Assembly (NCBI RefSeq): GCF_964213995.1
Contig: NW_027591183.1
Coordinates: 175 to 64,000, forward strand
Length of the DNA stretch: 63,826 bases
DNA from: Mustelus asterias
Taxonomy: Eukaryota
Direction of reading: 5' to 3'
The notes under the pieces: generated by a model
What the model saw: only the letters and a program-made list of their open reading frames with translations
Told to the model about the DNA's origin: nothing
The model's database searches: none
Shown: in pieces, positions 34,921 to 48,991 of the stretch
How the letters are laid out: each line of letters begins with the position of its first letter
How positions within the stretch are numbered: position 1 is the stretch's first letter
Program-made: the position numbers and the translations under genes

Positions 34921-36752
34921 TAGAGTCATAGAGGTTTACAACATGGAAACAGGCCCTTCGGTTCAACTTGTCCTTACCGCCCTTTTTTTTAAACCCGGAA
35001 GCTAGTCCCAGTTGCCCGCATTTGGCCCATATTCCTCTGTACCCATCTTACTCAAGCAACAGGCTAAATGCTTTTTAAAAGACAATATTGTACCTGCCTC
35101 TACTACTACCTCTGGCAGCTTGTTCCAGACACTCACCAACCGTTGTGTGAAAGAAATTGCCCCTCTGGACACTTTTGTATCTCTCTCCTCTCACCTTAAA
35201 CCTATGCCCTCTAGTTTTAGACTTCCCTAACTTTGGAGAACGATATTGACCACATAGCTGATCTGTGCCCCTCATTACTTTATAGACCTCTATAAGATCA
35301 CCCCTAAGCCTTCAACGTTCGAGAGAAAAAAGTCCCAGCCTATCCAACCTCTCCTTATAACTCAAACCATCAAGCCCTGGTAGCATCCTAGTAAATATTG
35401 TCTGCACTCTTTGTAGCTTAATAATATCCTTTCTATAATTGGGTGACCAGAACTGTACACAGTATTCCAAGTGTGGCCTTACCAATGTCTTGTACAACTT
35501 TAAGAAGACGTCCCAACTCCTGTATTCAATGCTCTGACCAATGAAACCAAACATGCTGAATGCCTTTTTCACCAATCTGTCCACCTGTGACTCCACTTTC
35601 AAGGAGCTATGAACATGTACCCCAGGATCTCTTTGTTTTATAACTCTCCCCAACGCCCTACTATTAACTGAGTAAGTCCTACCCTGGTTCAACCTAACAA
35701 AATGCATCACCTCACATTTATCTAAATTAAACTCCATCTGCCATTCGTCAGCCCACTGGCCCAATTGATCAAGATCCCATTGCAATCCGAGATAACGTTC
35801 TTCACTGTCCACTATGCCACCAATCTTGGTGTCATCTGCAAACTTACGAACCATGCCTCCTATATTCTCATCCAAATCATTAATATAAATGACAAATAAC
35901 AGTGGACCTAGCACTGATCCCTGAGGCACACCGCTGGTCACAGGCCTCCAGTTTGAAAAACAACTCTCTACAACCACCCTCTGGCTCCTGTCATCAAGCC
36001 AATTTTGTATCCATTAAGCTACCCACCCTGGATTCCATGAGATTTAACCTCATCCAACAACCTACAATGCGGTACCTTGTTAAAGGCCTTGCTAAAGGCC
36101 ATGTAGACAACACTAGCTGCACTGACCTCATCTACCTTCTTGGTTACCCCTTCAAAAAACTCAATCAGACTTGTGAGACGTGATTTTCCACTCACAAAGC
36201 CATGCTGACTGTCCCTAATCAGTCCTTGCATCTCTAAATGCCTGTAGATCCTGACTCTCAAAATACTTCTAACAACTTACTCAACACAGGTGTGAGGCTC
36301 AGTGGCCTGTAGTCCCCAGGCTTTTCCCTTCAGCCTTTTTTAAACAAAGGCATAACATTTGCCACTCTCAAATCTTCAGGCACCTCACCTGTGACTATCG
36401 ATGATTGAAATATCTCTGCTAGGGGACACACAATTTCCTCCCGACCCTTCCACAATGTCCTGGGATACACTTCATCACGTCCCGGGGATTTATCTACCTT
36501 GATGCGCTGTAAGGCTTCCAACACCTCCTCCTCTGTAATATGTACACTCCTCAAGACAGCACTATTTATTTCCCCAAGTTCCCTAACATCCATGCTTTCC
36601 TCAACAATAAATACTGACGAGAAATATTCATTTAGGATCTCACCCATATCTTGTGGATCCGCACATCGATGACCTTGTTGATCCTTAACTGGCCCTACTT
36701 TCTCCCTTGTCACTCTTTTGCTCTTTATGTATTTGTAGAAGCTCTTTGTATT
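34921..36752 (-). mobile_element. CR1 LINE ORF2 (RT) fragment with 3' end, disrupted
   Basis: SGVPQGSVLGPLLFVIYINDL...FADDTK...LVRPHLEYCVQFWSP; QHGF..GKS.LT. Confidence 0.93.
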
Positions 36753-36829
36753 CACCAGTAGTTCACAACTTATTGAAGGGAGCAGCGGCAGCTGTGAGAA
36801 TTGTGTACTCTCAATGACTGGGACGCTGT

Positions 36830-37494
36830 GTTTTTTGCAAAAAAAAACTTATTCATAAAATATCTGAAAGTACATTACACAATATTTCAAAATGGCCATA
36901 ACACCAAGTGCAATAACATTCAAGTTTTCGACAATGAAGCTGTTGCACTCTGTGTACAATTAAAGGAACATTACAGAACGTTTCAGAATAGTCTTTACAG
37001 AAAGTGCATTGACGTTTAGGTTTCGTACACAGATAATTTTGCACGCTGACGTGCTTCAACACATTCAATGAAACATTACAAAACTTTGCAAAATGGTTAT
37101 TTCAGAAAGTGCAGTGATACTGAAGATTTCTGCAAAGGTATTGTTGCGCATTGAAGATGTTCAGTACAATCAATGGAACATAATACATATTTTAAGATCG
37201 TCAATACAGGAAGGACGTTGTCATTTAGGTTGTCTACGTTGAACAATGTGCACTCTGAGGTGCTTCACTAGAATTGCGAGACGTGTAATATTCACTGCAT
37301 TCCTTCAATGTGAGTCCTACAGCAAGAGGGGCTCAGAATGAGTTCTGCTCCTCTCAGTTCACAAGGGCCGAATGGTCTCAGTCAGCGGGGTTTCCCCCAT
37401 TGCGCCTTTGCAGCAACTGCCCCAAGGTTTAGTGCGTCCATCAGCAGGTAGTCCTGCGCCCTGGAATGTGCCAGTCTGCAACACTCGCTCGAGG
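36830..37494 (-). mobile_element. Second Tx1/L1-like 3' fragment
   Basis: 37390-37494 is homologous to 20775-20878 (GGAATGTGCCAGTCTGCAACACTCG); AT-rich 3' UTR and tail. Confidence 0.65.
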
Positions 37495-38458
37495 GCGCTC
37501 CCACACTGATAAACAGAAGTAAATATTTTGTCTCGACAGTGATAGTCACAGGGTCATAAGCAAAATATCAAAACAAAACACAACACTCAACACGAACGGC
37601 TGAGCCACAGTTGAATTTTTAACTTGCAACTATACTAAAAATACATTTACAGTTCCTTAACTCACGCTTCAACCTTTGATGACATTTTCTTGCCTGTGTG
37701 AATTATTGTGCAGCACTTTCCCCATCTTCACTCTCCTTTTCAAGATCTCTTTGATCAAAGGGTCTATTTGATCAGAGTATTTTGCTGCCTAAGGGACAGC
37801 TTATATTGGCAAATACATTTCGCAAGGTTATCATTGTGCTATTCAAAACAATCCCTGAGAACAAGTTGCCATCAATGTTCATTCTCATTTTGAATGTCTG
37901 TCAAATGTTTTCTGACACAATTCGCAACCCAGTGTTTCTCTGTTACAATAATCAGACCAGCGACTTCATTCCCACCCCTGGCCCTAACAATATAGCGATT
38001 TTCCTCACAAGCACACTGATTATATCTCAGCTTGGGATATTTCTGCTCACTGAAATCCAGGTCTCCTTCAACAGGACTAAAAACACCACTGCGACACATG
38101 TACGTAAGCTGAGAGGATCCAGTGACACTATAGCAGGTTAATAAGAGTGCGGATTGGAACGAGGTTTTACTTGCTTCAACTTCCCTTTTACAGCGAGAAC
38201 AGTGACAATGTGGGAAGGCAGCAGATGGGTGTTCTGGGGGTGGGGAGGGGGAATTTCAGAGAGGCAATTGCAGCAACAGCTTAGAAATTGTCGGGTGTGG
38301 TGTAGATAGAGGCATGGCTGCGTGCGTCAATAACTGTGACTGAGTGCATTGGAAACAGTGACATAGTTGAGTGAAGCAATAACTAAGTAAAGACCAATTG
38401 TAGTATATACAGAGGGATGGCCCCATGCATTAAGAAGAGAAACTGTATCTAGTTTATA

Positions 38459-38750
38459 GGGGTGGCGCAGTGGTTAGCACTGCAGCCTCTCAGCGCCAGG
38501 GACCCGGGTTCGATTCCCGACTTGCGTCACTGTCTGTGTGGAGTCTGCATGTTCTCCCCGTGTCTGGGTTTCCTCCGAATGCTCCGGTTTCCTCCCACAG
38601 TCTGAAAGACATGCTGTTCGGTGGATTGGCCGTGCTAAATTCTCCCTCAGTGAAGCCGAACGGCGCCGGAGTGTGGCAACTAGGGGATTTTCACAGCAAC
38701 TTCATTGCAGTGTTAATGTTAGCCTACTTGTGACACTAATAAATAACATT
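38459..38750 (+). mobile_element. V-SINE with an alternative tail; related copies at 39897-40110 (+), 43463-43757 (+) and 61035-61243 (-)
   Basis: V-domain core plus tail GGCGCCGGAGTGTGGC.ACTAGGGGATT...CTAATAAATAA. Confidence 0.85.
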
Positions 38751-39358
38751 GAAACTGTATAAAGTGTTATATACACAGATACAGTGCTGAGGTAAAGAGA
38801 AATGGAGACATGCTCCACATTCATTACCCAGACATGGTCTAGTTTATTTTTTATAAAGAGTGACATGGTTAAATGCAGTGATAATTGAAGCAGGTTCCCT
38901 CCCTAACAGCACTGTGGGTGTACCTACACCACATAGACAGCAGCGGGTTCAAGACGGCAGCTCACCACCACCTTCTCCAGGGCAACTAGGAATGGGCAAT
39001 AAATGCTGACCTAGCCAGTGACACCCACATCACAAGAATCAATAAATATTCATCTAACCCAGCACACTGTCCAATGAAATATCAATCCATACATGGTATT
39101 AATACAGTGAGAACTCAAAAAGGGTTGATTGTAGTGTCCACAGCAGCATGGTGTAATGTAGTATTCACTGAGACAACTGAGCGTATAAACAGCGACTGGG
39201 TTGAGTGCAGTGATAACTGGGAAAGGAGCGACTGTCCGGGATTCTCCGGCTGTTCACTCGTGGGGAATTCTCGGCTCTGGTTCCCCTGCCTCTGGTTTCC
39301 TGCTAGCGTGAGGTGACTTCAATGGGAAATCCCATTGACAGCGACAGGACCAAAAACT

Positions 39359-40252
39359 CATAATTAAGGACCTCATGCACACATTCTCTCTTCCACCTTC
39401 TTCCGTCAGGAAAAAGATACAAAGTCTGAGATCACGTACCAACCGACTCAAGAACTTCCCGGCTGTCCTCAGACTTTTGAATGGACCTGCTACATATTAG
39501 ATTTATCTTTCTCTACACCCTCCCTATGACTGCAACACTACATTCTGCACCCTCTCTTTTACTTCTCCCCGATGTACTCTATGAACGGCATGTTTTGTCT
39601 GTACAGCATACAAGAAACAATACTTTTCACTGTATCCCAATACATGCGACAATAATAAATTAAATCAAATCAAATCAAAATCCTCCCAATTCTTTCCTCC
39701 ACGATAGGTCGCAGCATTTAAAGAACACGCCCAGGGCCCAGTGCTGAGTCTGAGGGTATCTGACTACAGTAAGGTGAGTGATACAGGAGGGTGTCACTGT
39801 CTGAGGGAGGTGAGTCTTAGCCGGGGGTGCGTGAGTGACCCAGGTTAATCTGACACTACAGGGACAGTTGGAATGGAGCTTTCCCCCGGGCTGTCCCCTC
39901 CCCGTGTCTGCGTGGGTTTCCTCCGGGTGCTCCGGTTTCCTCCCACGGTCTGAAAGATGTGCTGGTTAGGGTGCATTGGCCGTGCTAAATTCTCCCTCAG
40001 TGTAACCCGAACAGGCGCCGGAGTGTGGGCGACTAGGGGATTCTCACAGTAACTTCATTGTAGTGTTAATGTAAGCCTACTTCTGACACTAATAAATAAA
40101 CTGAAACTGAAGGTCAAGGTGCTGCTGTGACAATGCACTCTTGTTTAAACACTCTGCAATGCTGAGACTGGGAGAAGTGACCAACAGGGGGCAGCATTGC
40201 AGCTTCTGTCCCCCTATTGAAACTGGGATTGTTGCTCCATCTGCTGCACAAT
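39359..40252. repeat. ~0.9 kb segment with an inverted copy at 60889-61778
   Basis: Near-identical reverse complement; ORF MDLLHIRFIFLY... appears at both 39481 (+) and 61656 (-). Confidence 0.92.
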
Positions 40253-40563
40253 CGGTGCATTTTCACCGAGATGACCTTTGAGATATGATGCTGATGGGTT
40301 TTATTTAATGTTGCAATAACAGCACCAGGGTCTCCGATTCAGAGTTGCTCGTAAACCACGAAAACTACTATAAAGCGAGATTTTACATAAACTGACAGAC
40401 ATTCCGCACCAAAATGTGATCTTTCGAACTCACTGATCTGTATAATATGATTTCATTTATATTAGCAGTTCACAACCCAGCTCACAGACCTGATTGAGTG
40501 AGAGGAAGGGAGATTGCCTTTGCTGGTTTTTGTACGGAGTGACTGTGCCTCTGTAACAGTGTG

Positions 40564-41001
40564 GGGCTCAGCGCACAGTGATACACGGCAGAGTCAGAGA
40601 CATGGACACCGGTGATATTTAATGGAGCTGATTTCTTGTCTTTGTCCAAATTAGCAGAAAATCGATCCGAAAAATCAGGAGATTTATCCCCCTTCCCGTT
40701 GCCGTAACTTTTCAATAAATATCTCGGAGCTTCTCCGGTATACAGGATGTACCAGAAGAGAGTTTGGTCAGCGTATTTTGCTTTGTAACTGCAGTTCAAA
40801 ATTACTGTCTGTCCTTCCTGAACCGTTAATTCGGGCGGCTCCTGGGAAACTGAAGTTTGGTCACTGGTTCCTGTAACAACATATAGAATGTGTGAGAAAT
40901 CTGTGAACGAATATAACCCATGAAACACACACTGAGGATTTGAGCTCAGACTCACCGGGCAGCATGACCATTATTATCAGTAAAGCACACAGGGAACACA
41001 T
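40564..41001 (-). CDS. TRAV: V13: TCR alpha/delta V segment, apparently functional
   Basis: Leader 41001-40956. V exon 40870-40564 ending DSAVYHCALSP. RSS CACACTG-23-ACAAAAACC at 40563-40525. Confidence 0.95.
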
Positions 41002-41689
41002 GGTTCCTGATTGGACAGTAAACAGCCACACTGCTTAAAATACGTTGCTGTTTCTCGTCTTATATCACAGAGTCAACTCAGATCAGAGGCAGCTTCAATT
41101 ATTGGGAAGCTGCGGGGATGGGGTCATTTTTCACTGCTGCGATTGGCAGTCTTCCTGAGATGACGTCAGCTGTGGACCAATCACTGTTCGTAGAGGAGTA
41201 AACTCAGCTTCAATCACTTTCCACCCCCGGCTGTGTGCATCTTTCTCACCCTCTTTCTCTCTCCATGGAAGTTTTATAAGATTATCAGTTATACTGGCTC
41301 TTTGTCGGTTTAACTCTCTTCCTTTCGAACTCATTGTCCCTGTTTTTTGCATAGCACTTTCTCTGTATCTGAATTTAAAAGTGTAATGAATAAGTTACAT
41401 TCATTTATTCCGCGGGTATAAATAAGTGCATCCACGGCATGAACATAAATAGTAGTTGCTGTTTTAAGTGTACCGGGGATATGTAGTCAGCCAACTCCAG
41501 TTTGTCGGTGCAGGCTTGAAGGGGCGAAGGGCCTATTTCTGTGGTGTAAATTTCTTTGTTCCACATTGAGATGCGGTTCCACCGGGGTTATTTGTTTCCC
41601 GGGAAAGCAATGATTTCAATCAGTCAATATTTCAATCCAGAAACTTCAAAATGTGACAACTCTGGGCGTGCCTTTGATGCTAAACCACA

Positions 41690-42150
41690 TTTGGCTTATG
41701 AGGAGTGACTGAGTAGATTGGGTCTATACTCATTGGAATTCAGAAGAATGAGTGGAGATCTTATAGAAACATAAAGATTATGAAGGGAATAGATAAGAGG
41801 GAAGCAGGGAAGTTATTTCCATTGTCAGGTGAAACAAGAACAGCGCTGACTGTCATGGCCTCAAAATAAGGGGGATTTAGGACTGAGTTGAGGAGGAAAT
41901 TCTTCACTCAAAGGTTTTGAATTTGTGAAATTTCCTGCCCAGTGAAGCAGTTGAGGCTACCTCATTGATTATTTTTTAAGACAAGAATAGACATTTTTGA
42001 ACAGTAAATAAATGAAGGGTTATGGTGCGCGGGCGGCTAAGTGGAGCTGAGTCCACGAAAAGATCAGCCATGATCTTATTGAATGGTGGAGCAGACTCGA
42101 GGGGCCAGATGGCCTACTCCTGCTCCTTGAGCTTATGTTCTTATGTTATG
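41690..42150 (+). mobile_element. CR1 LINE 3' fragment
   Basis: LGLYSLEFRRM.GDLIETYKI coding remnant and TTATGTTC tail. Confidence 0.8.
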
Positions 42151-42446
42151 TTCTTATTAAACAGATCTCCACTGACAGATAGGCATCTGATACAGAAAGA
42201 TTAAAAGTACAGATTGATGGAGTTATTCGCCCGGGCGCTCTGCGGGTTTGTGTGATTGGGATGGGAAATGATTGGATTTGATCTGGGAGTAATCTGAGCG
42301 ACAAATATTACACTTACCAAGTGGAAATCATTGACCTCAGGGACGGAAAGCCACTCAGATGAAGCTGCACTGACGGATTCATTCTATGAACAGTTTCTCT
42401 GTAATTCAACGTCATGTGTTTCCCTGACAACAGACTCTTGATTCTG

Positions 42447-42930
42447 GGTCTCATTGCACAGTAAGTCACGACTCTGTCTGTCAGCTTCAAACCTTTCTTG
42501 GACAAGAGAAAAGTGCTTTGTTTCAGGCTGAGATTCCCGCTGAAGTGTTCAAAGCCGGGAGCCTTATCGGTAAACCCATAACCACTGTTTCTGAGCAGAT
42601 ACTGAGGAGCTCGGTGTGGATACTGGCGATACCAGAACAGGTAATTTTGTTGTGCAGCTGTACTCGATACAGAGTAACAGCAGGGAATTCGTGAATGGTC
42701 ACCCTCTGCTGCTTGGATTACCGGTACTGACTGGGACACTGAGTCACCATTGGTCATCTCTGAAAATAACAACGGACACAAAGCGGGTTAGGTGGAATAA
42801 CAACAACGGAATAAAATCGCCTAGAGATGGAAATGGGCGATGAATATGGTGATTGATGGATTTCAGAGGTTTAGAATGACCGACCTGTGATCAAGACAAG
42901 AACCAGAGTCAGATAGAGTTTCACCCCCAT
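42447..42930 (-). pseudogene. TRAV: V14: V6-family segment with an open frame but the RSS deleted
   Basis: Leader 42930-42885 (MGVKLYLTLVLVLIT). V exon 42759-42447 ending DRVVTYCAMRP and joined directly to post-RSS flank. CRE, GC box and CCAAT upstream. Confidence 0.9.
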
Positions 42931-44507
42931 GGTTCCAGTCTGGACTCCAGAAACAGAGGCAGTGATCACTGACTATACCAGACCTGCAATTAGAGAAGTG
43001 GAAACAGCCAGGGGGATGCAGTGACGTCAATGCGATTCCCTGTCCCCGCCCATTTTCACATGTTCAACCAATCGCTTCCTCTCGAAGGGGATCGTGATGT
43101 TTCATAAGTGATGAGAGAGCGCCCTCCCGTGGACAGCACAGCCGCATATTGGAAACAGACACACACACAGCCACGTGCAAAGGCCAACACATAAAGACAT
43201 ATAAAACCGTCCAGATATATGCCCAGACACAGATATCAATTCCGACGTTCCTAATCATTAAGGCAGAAAGCAGGAGTGTTCTGGAGATATTTGACACATA
43301 TTGGTCTGAGTTGCTGACGATGACGGTATGTGAATAACTCCACCTTTCGTGTTCGCGGCAGGCCTCGTATCCAGCACCGAATCAACACAAGCATCGACAG
43401 AAAGACAAATAAAAACTGTGAAAGATTCCCAAACCGATCCACTCAAACATCGATACAGGACAGCATGGCGGCATAGTGGTGAGCGACGGTGCAACACAGC
43501 TCCAGGGACCCGGGTTCAATTCCCGGCTTGCTCTGTGTGGAGTCTGCATATTCTCTCCGTGTCTGTATGGGTTTCATCCGGCGACACCGGTTTCCTCCCA
43601 CAGACCGAAAGACTGCGCTGGTTAGGTGAATTCGCCGTGCTAAATTATCCCTCAGTGTACCCGAACAGGCGCCGGAGTGTGGCGACTAGGAGATTTTCAC
43701 AGTCGCTTCATTGCAGTGTTAATGTTAGCTTACTTGTGCCAGAAATAAATAAACTTAAACAGAGATCATCATTGAGGAAGAAAAGCAAAGAGATTAATTA
43801 ATTGATTAATTAATAGACAAAAGAGAAATGCAGTCTTTGACAATGTTAAAAACGTTGGACCTTCCAGAGTCTGCTTTGTGAAAAGGAATTCCCTGAGGTT
43901 ATGTCAGTGCAGCAACAAATACCAGACATGCGAGCAAATATAATACAAGACATTTACACGTGGTTCATTATATACAAACGCACACGTGAAGAACGGTGTG
44001 GCACAACACCAGTATGAATTGAGAAACTGCAATGACACCCTATCTGTCTAGTGAGTGCAATGTGCTGTGTAATATTGATTACATTAGTCCTCTCTTTCAA
44101 CCTCACTCAGTTGACAGTTTGTTGAAACATCGCCCCTAATGTTTGAACCAACTATTTCGTACTTAAAAATCTTCAAAGGCGCTTTACAATCAACGAATCT
44201 GACATCAAGCACAGTGACACTGTAATGAAGGAATTATTATTTACACAGAGGGAGGCTGAAAGGTTTAATTATTTATCCGAAAGTTTTATCAAACTGGCAT
44301 TATCACGAATAAAGGAATGGAGGAATCGGGTATTTTCCAGATTATTTCAATTTGGATTAATAATGAGACGAACATCGGTTCACAAATTATCACCATATTA
44401 TAACACCTCCCTTTGACATGTCGAGGAGCAGTTCTAATTAAACTCAATATTAACCTTCTTCTTCGGAGTAGCCAGTTTCATTGGACCATGAAATGCAAAC
44501 GTACAGT

Positions 44508-44843
44508 GGAGGCCTTGGTGTAATTGTATTATCGAGAGACAATGAATCCAGAGGTTCAGCTAATCTCCTGGGGACCAGGGTTTGAATACCGCCACGGCAA
44601 GTGATGGAATCTGAATTCATTTTTTAAAATTCTGGAATTGGGACTCTACTGACGACCATGAAACTACTGTGGATTGTTTGTTTAAAAAAAAAACACCTGG
44701 TTCACTCAACCCTTTAGGGAAGGAAATCTGTGTCATTGCCTACACAGCAATGTGGTTGACTCACAACATTTCCCCAAGAGCAAATAGGGATGAGCAATAA
44801 ATTCTGCCCAGCCACTGATTCCCATATCCCACGAATGAATACA
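44508..44843 (+). mobile_element. SacSINE1/DeuSINE-like SINE
   Basis: tRNA-like head, GACCATGAAAC...CTGGTTCACT...CCTTTAGGGAAGGAAATCTG core and tail GCAATAAA...CCCATATCCCACGAATGAAT. Confidence 0.7.
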
Positions 44844-45369
44844 AGAAGGTTCACTGTCTAAATCTCCTTTATCATAAAGCCTGCAATTTGGATGCAAGCT
44901 CCTCCGTTAAATGCTCTGTCGTATGAAGTGTTGCCTCCAGGCAACGATATTTCCTGCAATCCCAACTGTCACCTGTGGTACCAATAAACTGATGCTATCG
45001 GATATTTTTGGCCACATCTAAAGTCCTGGAGCGCCATCCAGTGGAATCCAGTCGAAAGCCTCTTCCTTTCTATGCAAATATTACGACATGATATTTTATA
45101 GAATGATTATTAATGCTGGTTTATTATTACTGCTCTCTTCTTATCCTTTCTTCTCCCGTTTGGAACAGTTGCTTATTTGCATAACGTCTGCGATTAATGG
45201 TTTCAGGTTGCTGGTATTCAATGTCATAATGCGTGTTTATTTTATTCATATAGGGCTCTGTATTGGGACCTCTGCTGTTTGTGATTTATAGAAACGATCT
45301 AGAAGAAGGTGTAACTGGGGTGATCAGTAAGTTTGCGGACGACACGAGACAAGGTTAACGCTATTAATT

Positions 45370-45978
45370 AGAACATAGAACAGTACAGCACAGAACAGGC
45401 CCTTCGGCCCACGATGTTGTGCCGAGCTTTATCTGAAACCAAGATCAAGCTATCCCACTCCCTATCATCCTGGTGTGCTCCATGTGCCTATCCAATAACC
45501 GCTTAAATGTTCCTAAAGTGTCTGACTCCACTATCACTGCAGGCAGTCCATTCCACACCCCAACCACTCTCTGCGTAAAGAACCTACCTCTGATATCCGT
45601 CCTGTATCTCCCACCACGAACCCTATAGTTATGCCCCCTTGTAATAGCTCCATCCACCCGAGGAAATAGTCTTTGAACGTTCACTCTATCTATCCCCTTC
45701 ATCATTTTATACACCTCTATTAAGTCTCCCCTCAGCCTCCTCCGCTCCAGAGAGAACAGCCCTAGCTCCCTCAACCTTTCCTCATATGACCTACCCTCCA
45801 AACCAGGCAGCATCCTGGTAAATCTCCTCTGCACTCTTTCCAGCCCTTCCACATCCTTCTTATAGTGAGGTGACCAGAACTGCACACAACATTCCAAATG
45901 TGGTCTCACCAAGGTCCCGTACAGTTGCAGCATAACCCCACGGCTCTTAAACTCCAACCCCCTGTTAATAAAAGCTAA
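45370..45978 (-). mobile_element. Young CR1 LINE 3' end; close relative on + at 47866-48212
   Basis: Open 170-aa ORF LVRPHLECCVQFWSP...TRGH...FFTQRVV.VWN with intact tail. Confidence 0.92.
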
Positions 45979-48380
45979 TTAGAAACATTGCACTGATATT
46001 TTCCTACAGACTACCCTGTGACCGTTCGCCATGAAATGCAATGGTTTACAAAGTTCACTCTCTAAGTCTCTTCTGCCATAACATTGACAATTCATCACAG
46101 GTGCTTGTCCTAAATATACCACTGTTCACAGTGAAATGTCACTTCGCAACATTATTTCCTGTAATTTACAGCTGTCACCTGTGAGAGCGGTGAACTGTAG
46201 TTTTATGTAGTTTCGGTTAAACATAAATTCTTGGAGAGCCACCTGGTGGAATGATCTGTGTAAACACAAATATTCTCGAATATTGCGGTATGATGTTACT
46301 AAAATATTACTGTGCCCGATTATTACGGATGTTATTGCTTTGATTTTATAATTCCTGCTGCTTATGCCTTTTTCATTGTTTTACTTTTGTTACGTTTACT
46401 ATTTAATATTAATTCCGACATTAGTTTCCTCGTTTGCTGCCAACCAAAGTAACTAAAATTGAAACAGTACCATTTAATCTCGAACGAATGTGTGAACAGG
46501 GGGTCTATTTACATAATTTGTATGTGTTGGTATTTTAAAGTCGTGATTTCATTGGGATCTTGGCGGATTCATATTGCTAAAACGAGCTTCTTGGCCCAGA
46601 ATGGCTGAGGCATTACAATAAATCGGCAGGGTTTAAAATAAAAGTGGAATTTTCTCTCATGTTCACTGCATTCATAGAAATCATAGAAACCCTACAGTAC
46701 AGAAAGAGGCCATTCGGCCCATCGAGTCTGCACCGACCACAATCCCACCCAGGCCCTACCCCCATATCCCTACATATTTACCCACTAATCCCTCTAACCT
46801 ACGCATCTCAGGACACTAAGGGCAATTTTTAGCATAGCCAATCAACCTAATAATAACAATAATAGCAATAATAACAATATGTGCAAGAATAATGCGGCAA
46901 AATCATGTAACAACATCTTTCAGGAACTTGAGAATTCGGTGAATTTCCAGGAATTAGCCTTAGATAGCCACTAGATGGAGCTGCCTCACCATGTTTGTGT
47001 GTTTACTGCTGCGGGTTACAGTTTCATAAATACATTTATTTGGTATAATGCGGGCAAACGAAGGTATTACACTTTAAAACTTTGTGAGGTCTCAGCAGAA
47101 TATATTATATTGCATGAAAATATAAACATTAGCTGGGCAGCAGCTGCGCAAATTTTATTTTTTGCAATCAATACAATTAATGTTAGAAAAATCAAAGCAA
47201 CTAATTGTTTCCCTGGAGCTTCACATGAAATATAAATCTTACCACACTCCAGTGTAATGCAGAAAGCACGTAGATTTTCTGATTGAAATGCATATAGCAC
47301 CAAAAGGTCTGCTGTTTGCCATTTACTATCCCGTCCTTGCAGCTATCGGGATTCCAGGTAAGGTCTGTTAGTTCGCTTTATCTCATTAATGACCCTCTCG
47401 TAATGTAATGCAGGCTAATAATAGGAATATTCTTTTTATGGTATAAGTGATACATTTGCTCATTGACCTATATGAATTCTAATGATTTACTGATGTAACT
47501 TCCACTCTTTTAGAGTTTCATGTTTCACTTTTTGGCATTACTTCCCGAATTTTTTCCTCCCTCCAACAGTGTCTTCCATTTATCTCTACACTCTCACATG
47601 TAAAGTGCACTCTTGTGTTATTGGAAATACTGCCGTGGGAGTATTATTTTTAGGTTGTGGGTTGCAAAAATTGTCCATTTGGCATTACTGGTGTTGATGA
47701 ATTCTCACTTGGATATCACTGCATCCGTACAAATGGCTGGCGCTATGTTTGTGGGTGAATTCCGACAGTTGCATCACTGTTAAATTATTGATCTTGTTTA
47801 TCGCTGACATTGACAGTGACGAAGTACATTGCATAACTGGTTCAAGGTTTGAGGGATTAGTAATATAGGTTTATAAAATGATGAAGGGGATAGATAGAGT
47901 GAACGTTCAAAGACTATTTCCTCGGGTGGATGGAGCTATTACAAGGGGGCATAACTATAGGGTTCATGGTGGAGATACAGGAAGGATGTCCGAGGAGGTT
48001 CTTTATTCAGAGAGTGGATGGGGTGTGGAATGGACTGCCTGCAGTGATAGTGGAGTCAGACACTTGAGGAACATTTAAGCGGTTATTGGATAGGCACATG
48101 GAGCACACCAGGATGATAGGGAGTGGGATAGCTTGATCTTGGTTTCAGATAAAGCTCGGCACAACATCGTGGGCCGAAGGGCCTGTACTGTGCTGCACTG
48201 TTCTATGTTCTATACACCCTGAATCCACTCAACATCAAAATCTGAGCGTGTAATTAAAAAGCATTTGCCGACAAGACGGCGCCAAATTCAAACCCCAGCG
48301 TCACAACTTAAACCTGTGTGGATGGTAGGCTCGTGAGGTCACGATGGACTCCTCCCCCCCGCTCCCCAACCCCCACCGCC

Positions 48381-48411
<31 letters not shown>

Positions 48412-48502
48412 TCACTGCAATCAGCTGAACCAAGCCCGGGTTCTCTCCTTCTCAGTCTCTGACTCATTCCATTCCCAGTCACTGAGGGGGATTCACTCAG
48501 AC

Positions 48503-48991
48503 ATGTTTCTGATCATACTGGCGGCGCTCTTGCACAGTAAGTACTGGAAAACGTTCACCAAGCCAGATAAACATATTGATGGCAACTTAATTAACCATCT
48601 GAAATATCCCTGTAATGCGTAGAATAGGTTCCTCAAACTATCGCAGATACAAGCACATTTACATTAACTCTTGACATTTAATTCCTCTATCTTCGCAGGC
48701 GGACTGTGCGCAGATCCAGTAACTCAGTCACCGGTGACAAAAACCGCATCAGAAGGGGATTCGGTGCAGTTGGATTGTAACTATACAGACAAGGGTATGT
48801 ACAGCATGCAATGGTATCAGCAGAAACCAGCACAGCCACCGACATGGATTATTTCTAAAATATTAGCAACGAAGGATGATGAAGTTTCAGGACGATACCT
48901 GGCGGCTGCTGACAGGTCGAAGCAGAACGGTTACCTCAATATCAGCGCCCTCAGTGTGGAGGACGGGGCGGTCTATTACTGTGCAGTGAGG
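48503..48991 (+). CDS. TRAV: V15: TCR alpha/delta V segment, apparently functional
   Basis: Leader 48503-48536 (MFLIILAALLH). V exon 48699-48991 (DPVTQSP...LDC...WYQQKP...DGAVYYCAVR). RSS CACAGCG-23-ACAAAAACC at 48992-49030. Confidence 0.95.
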
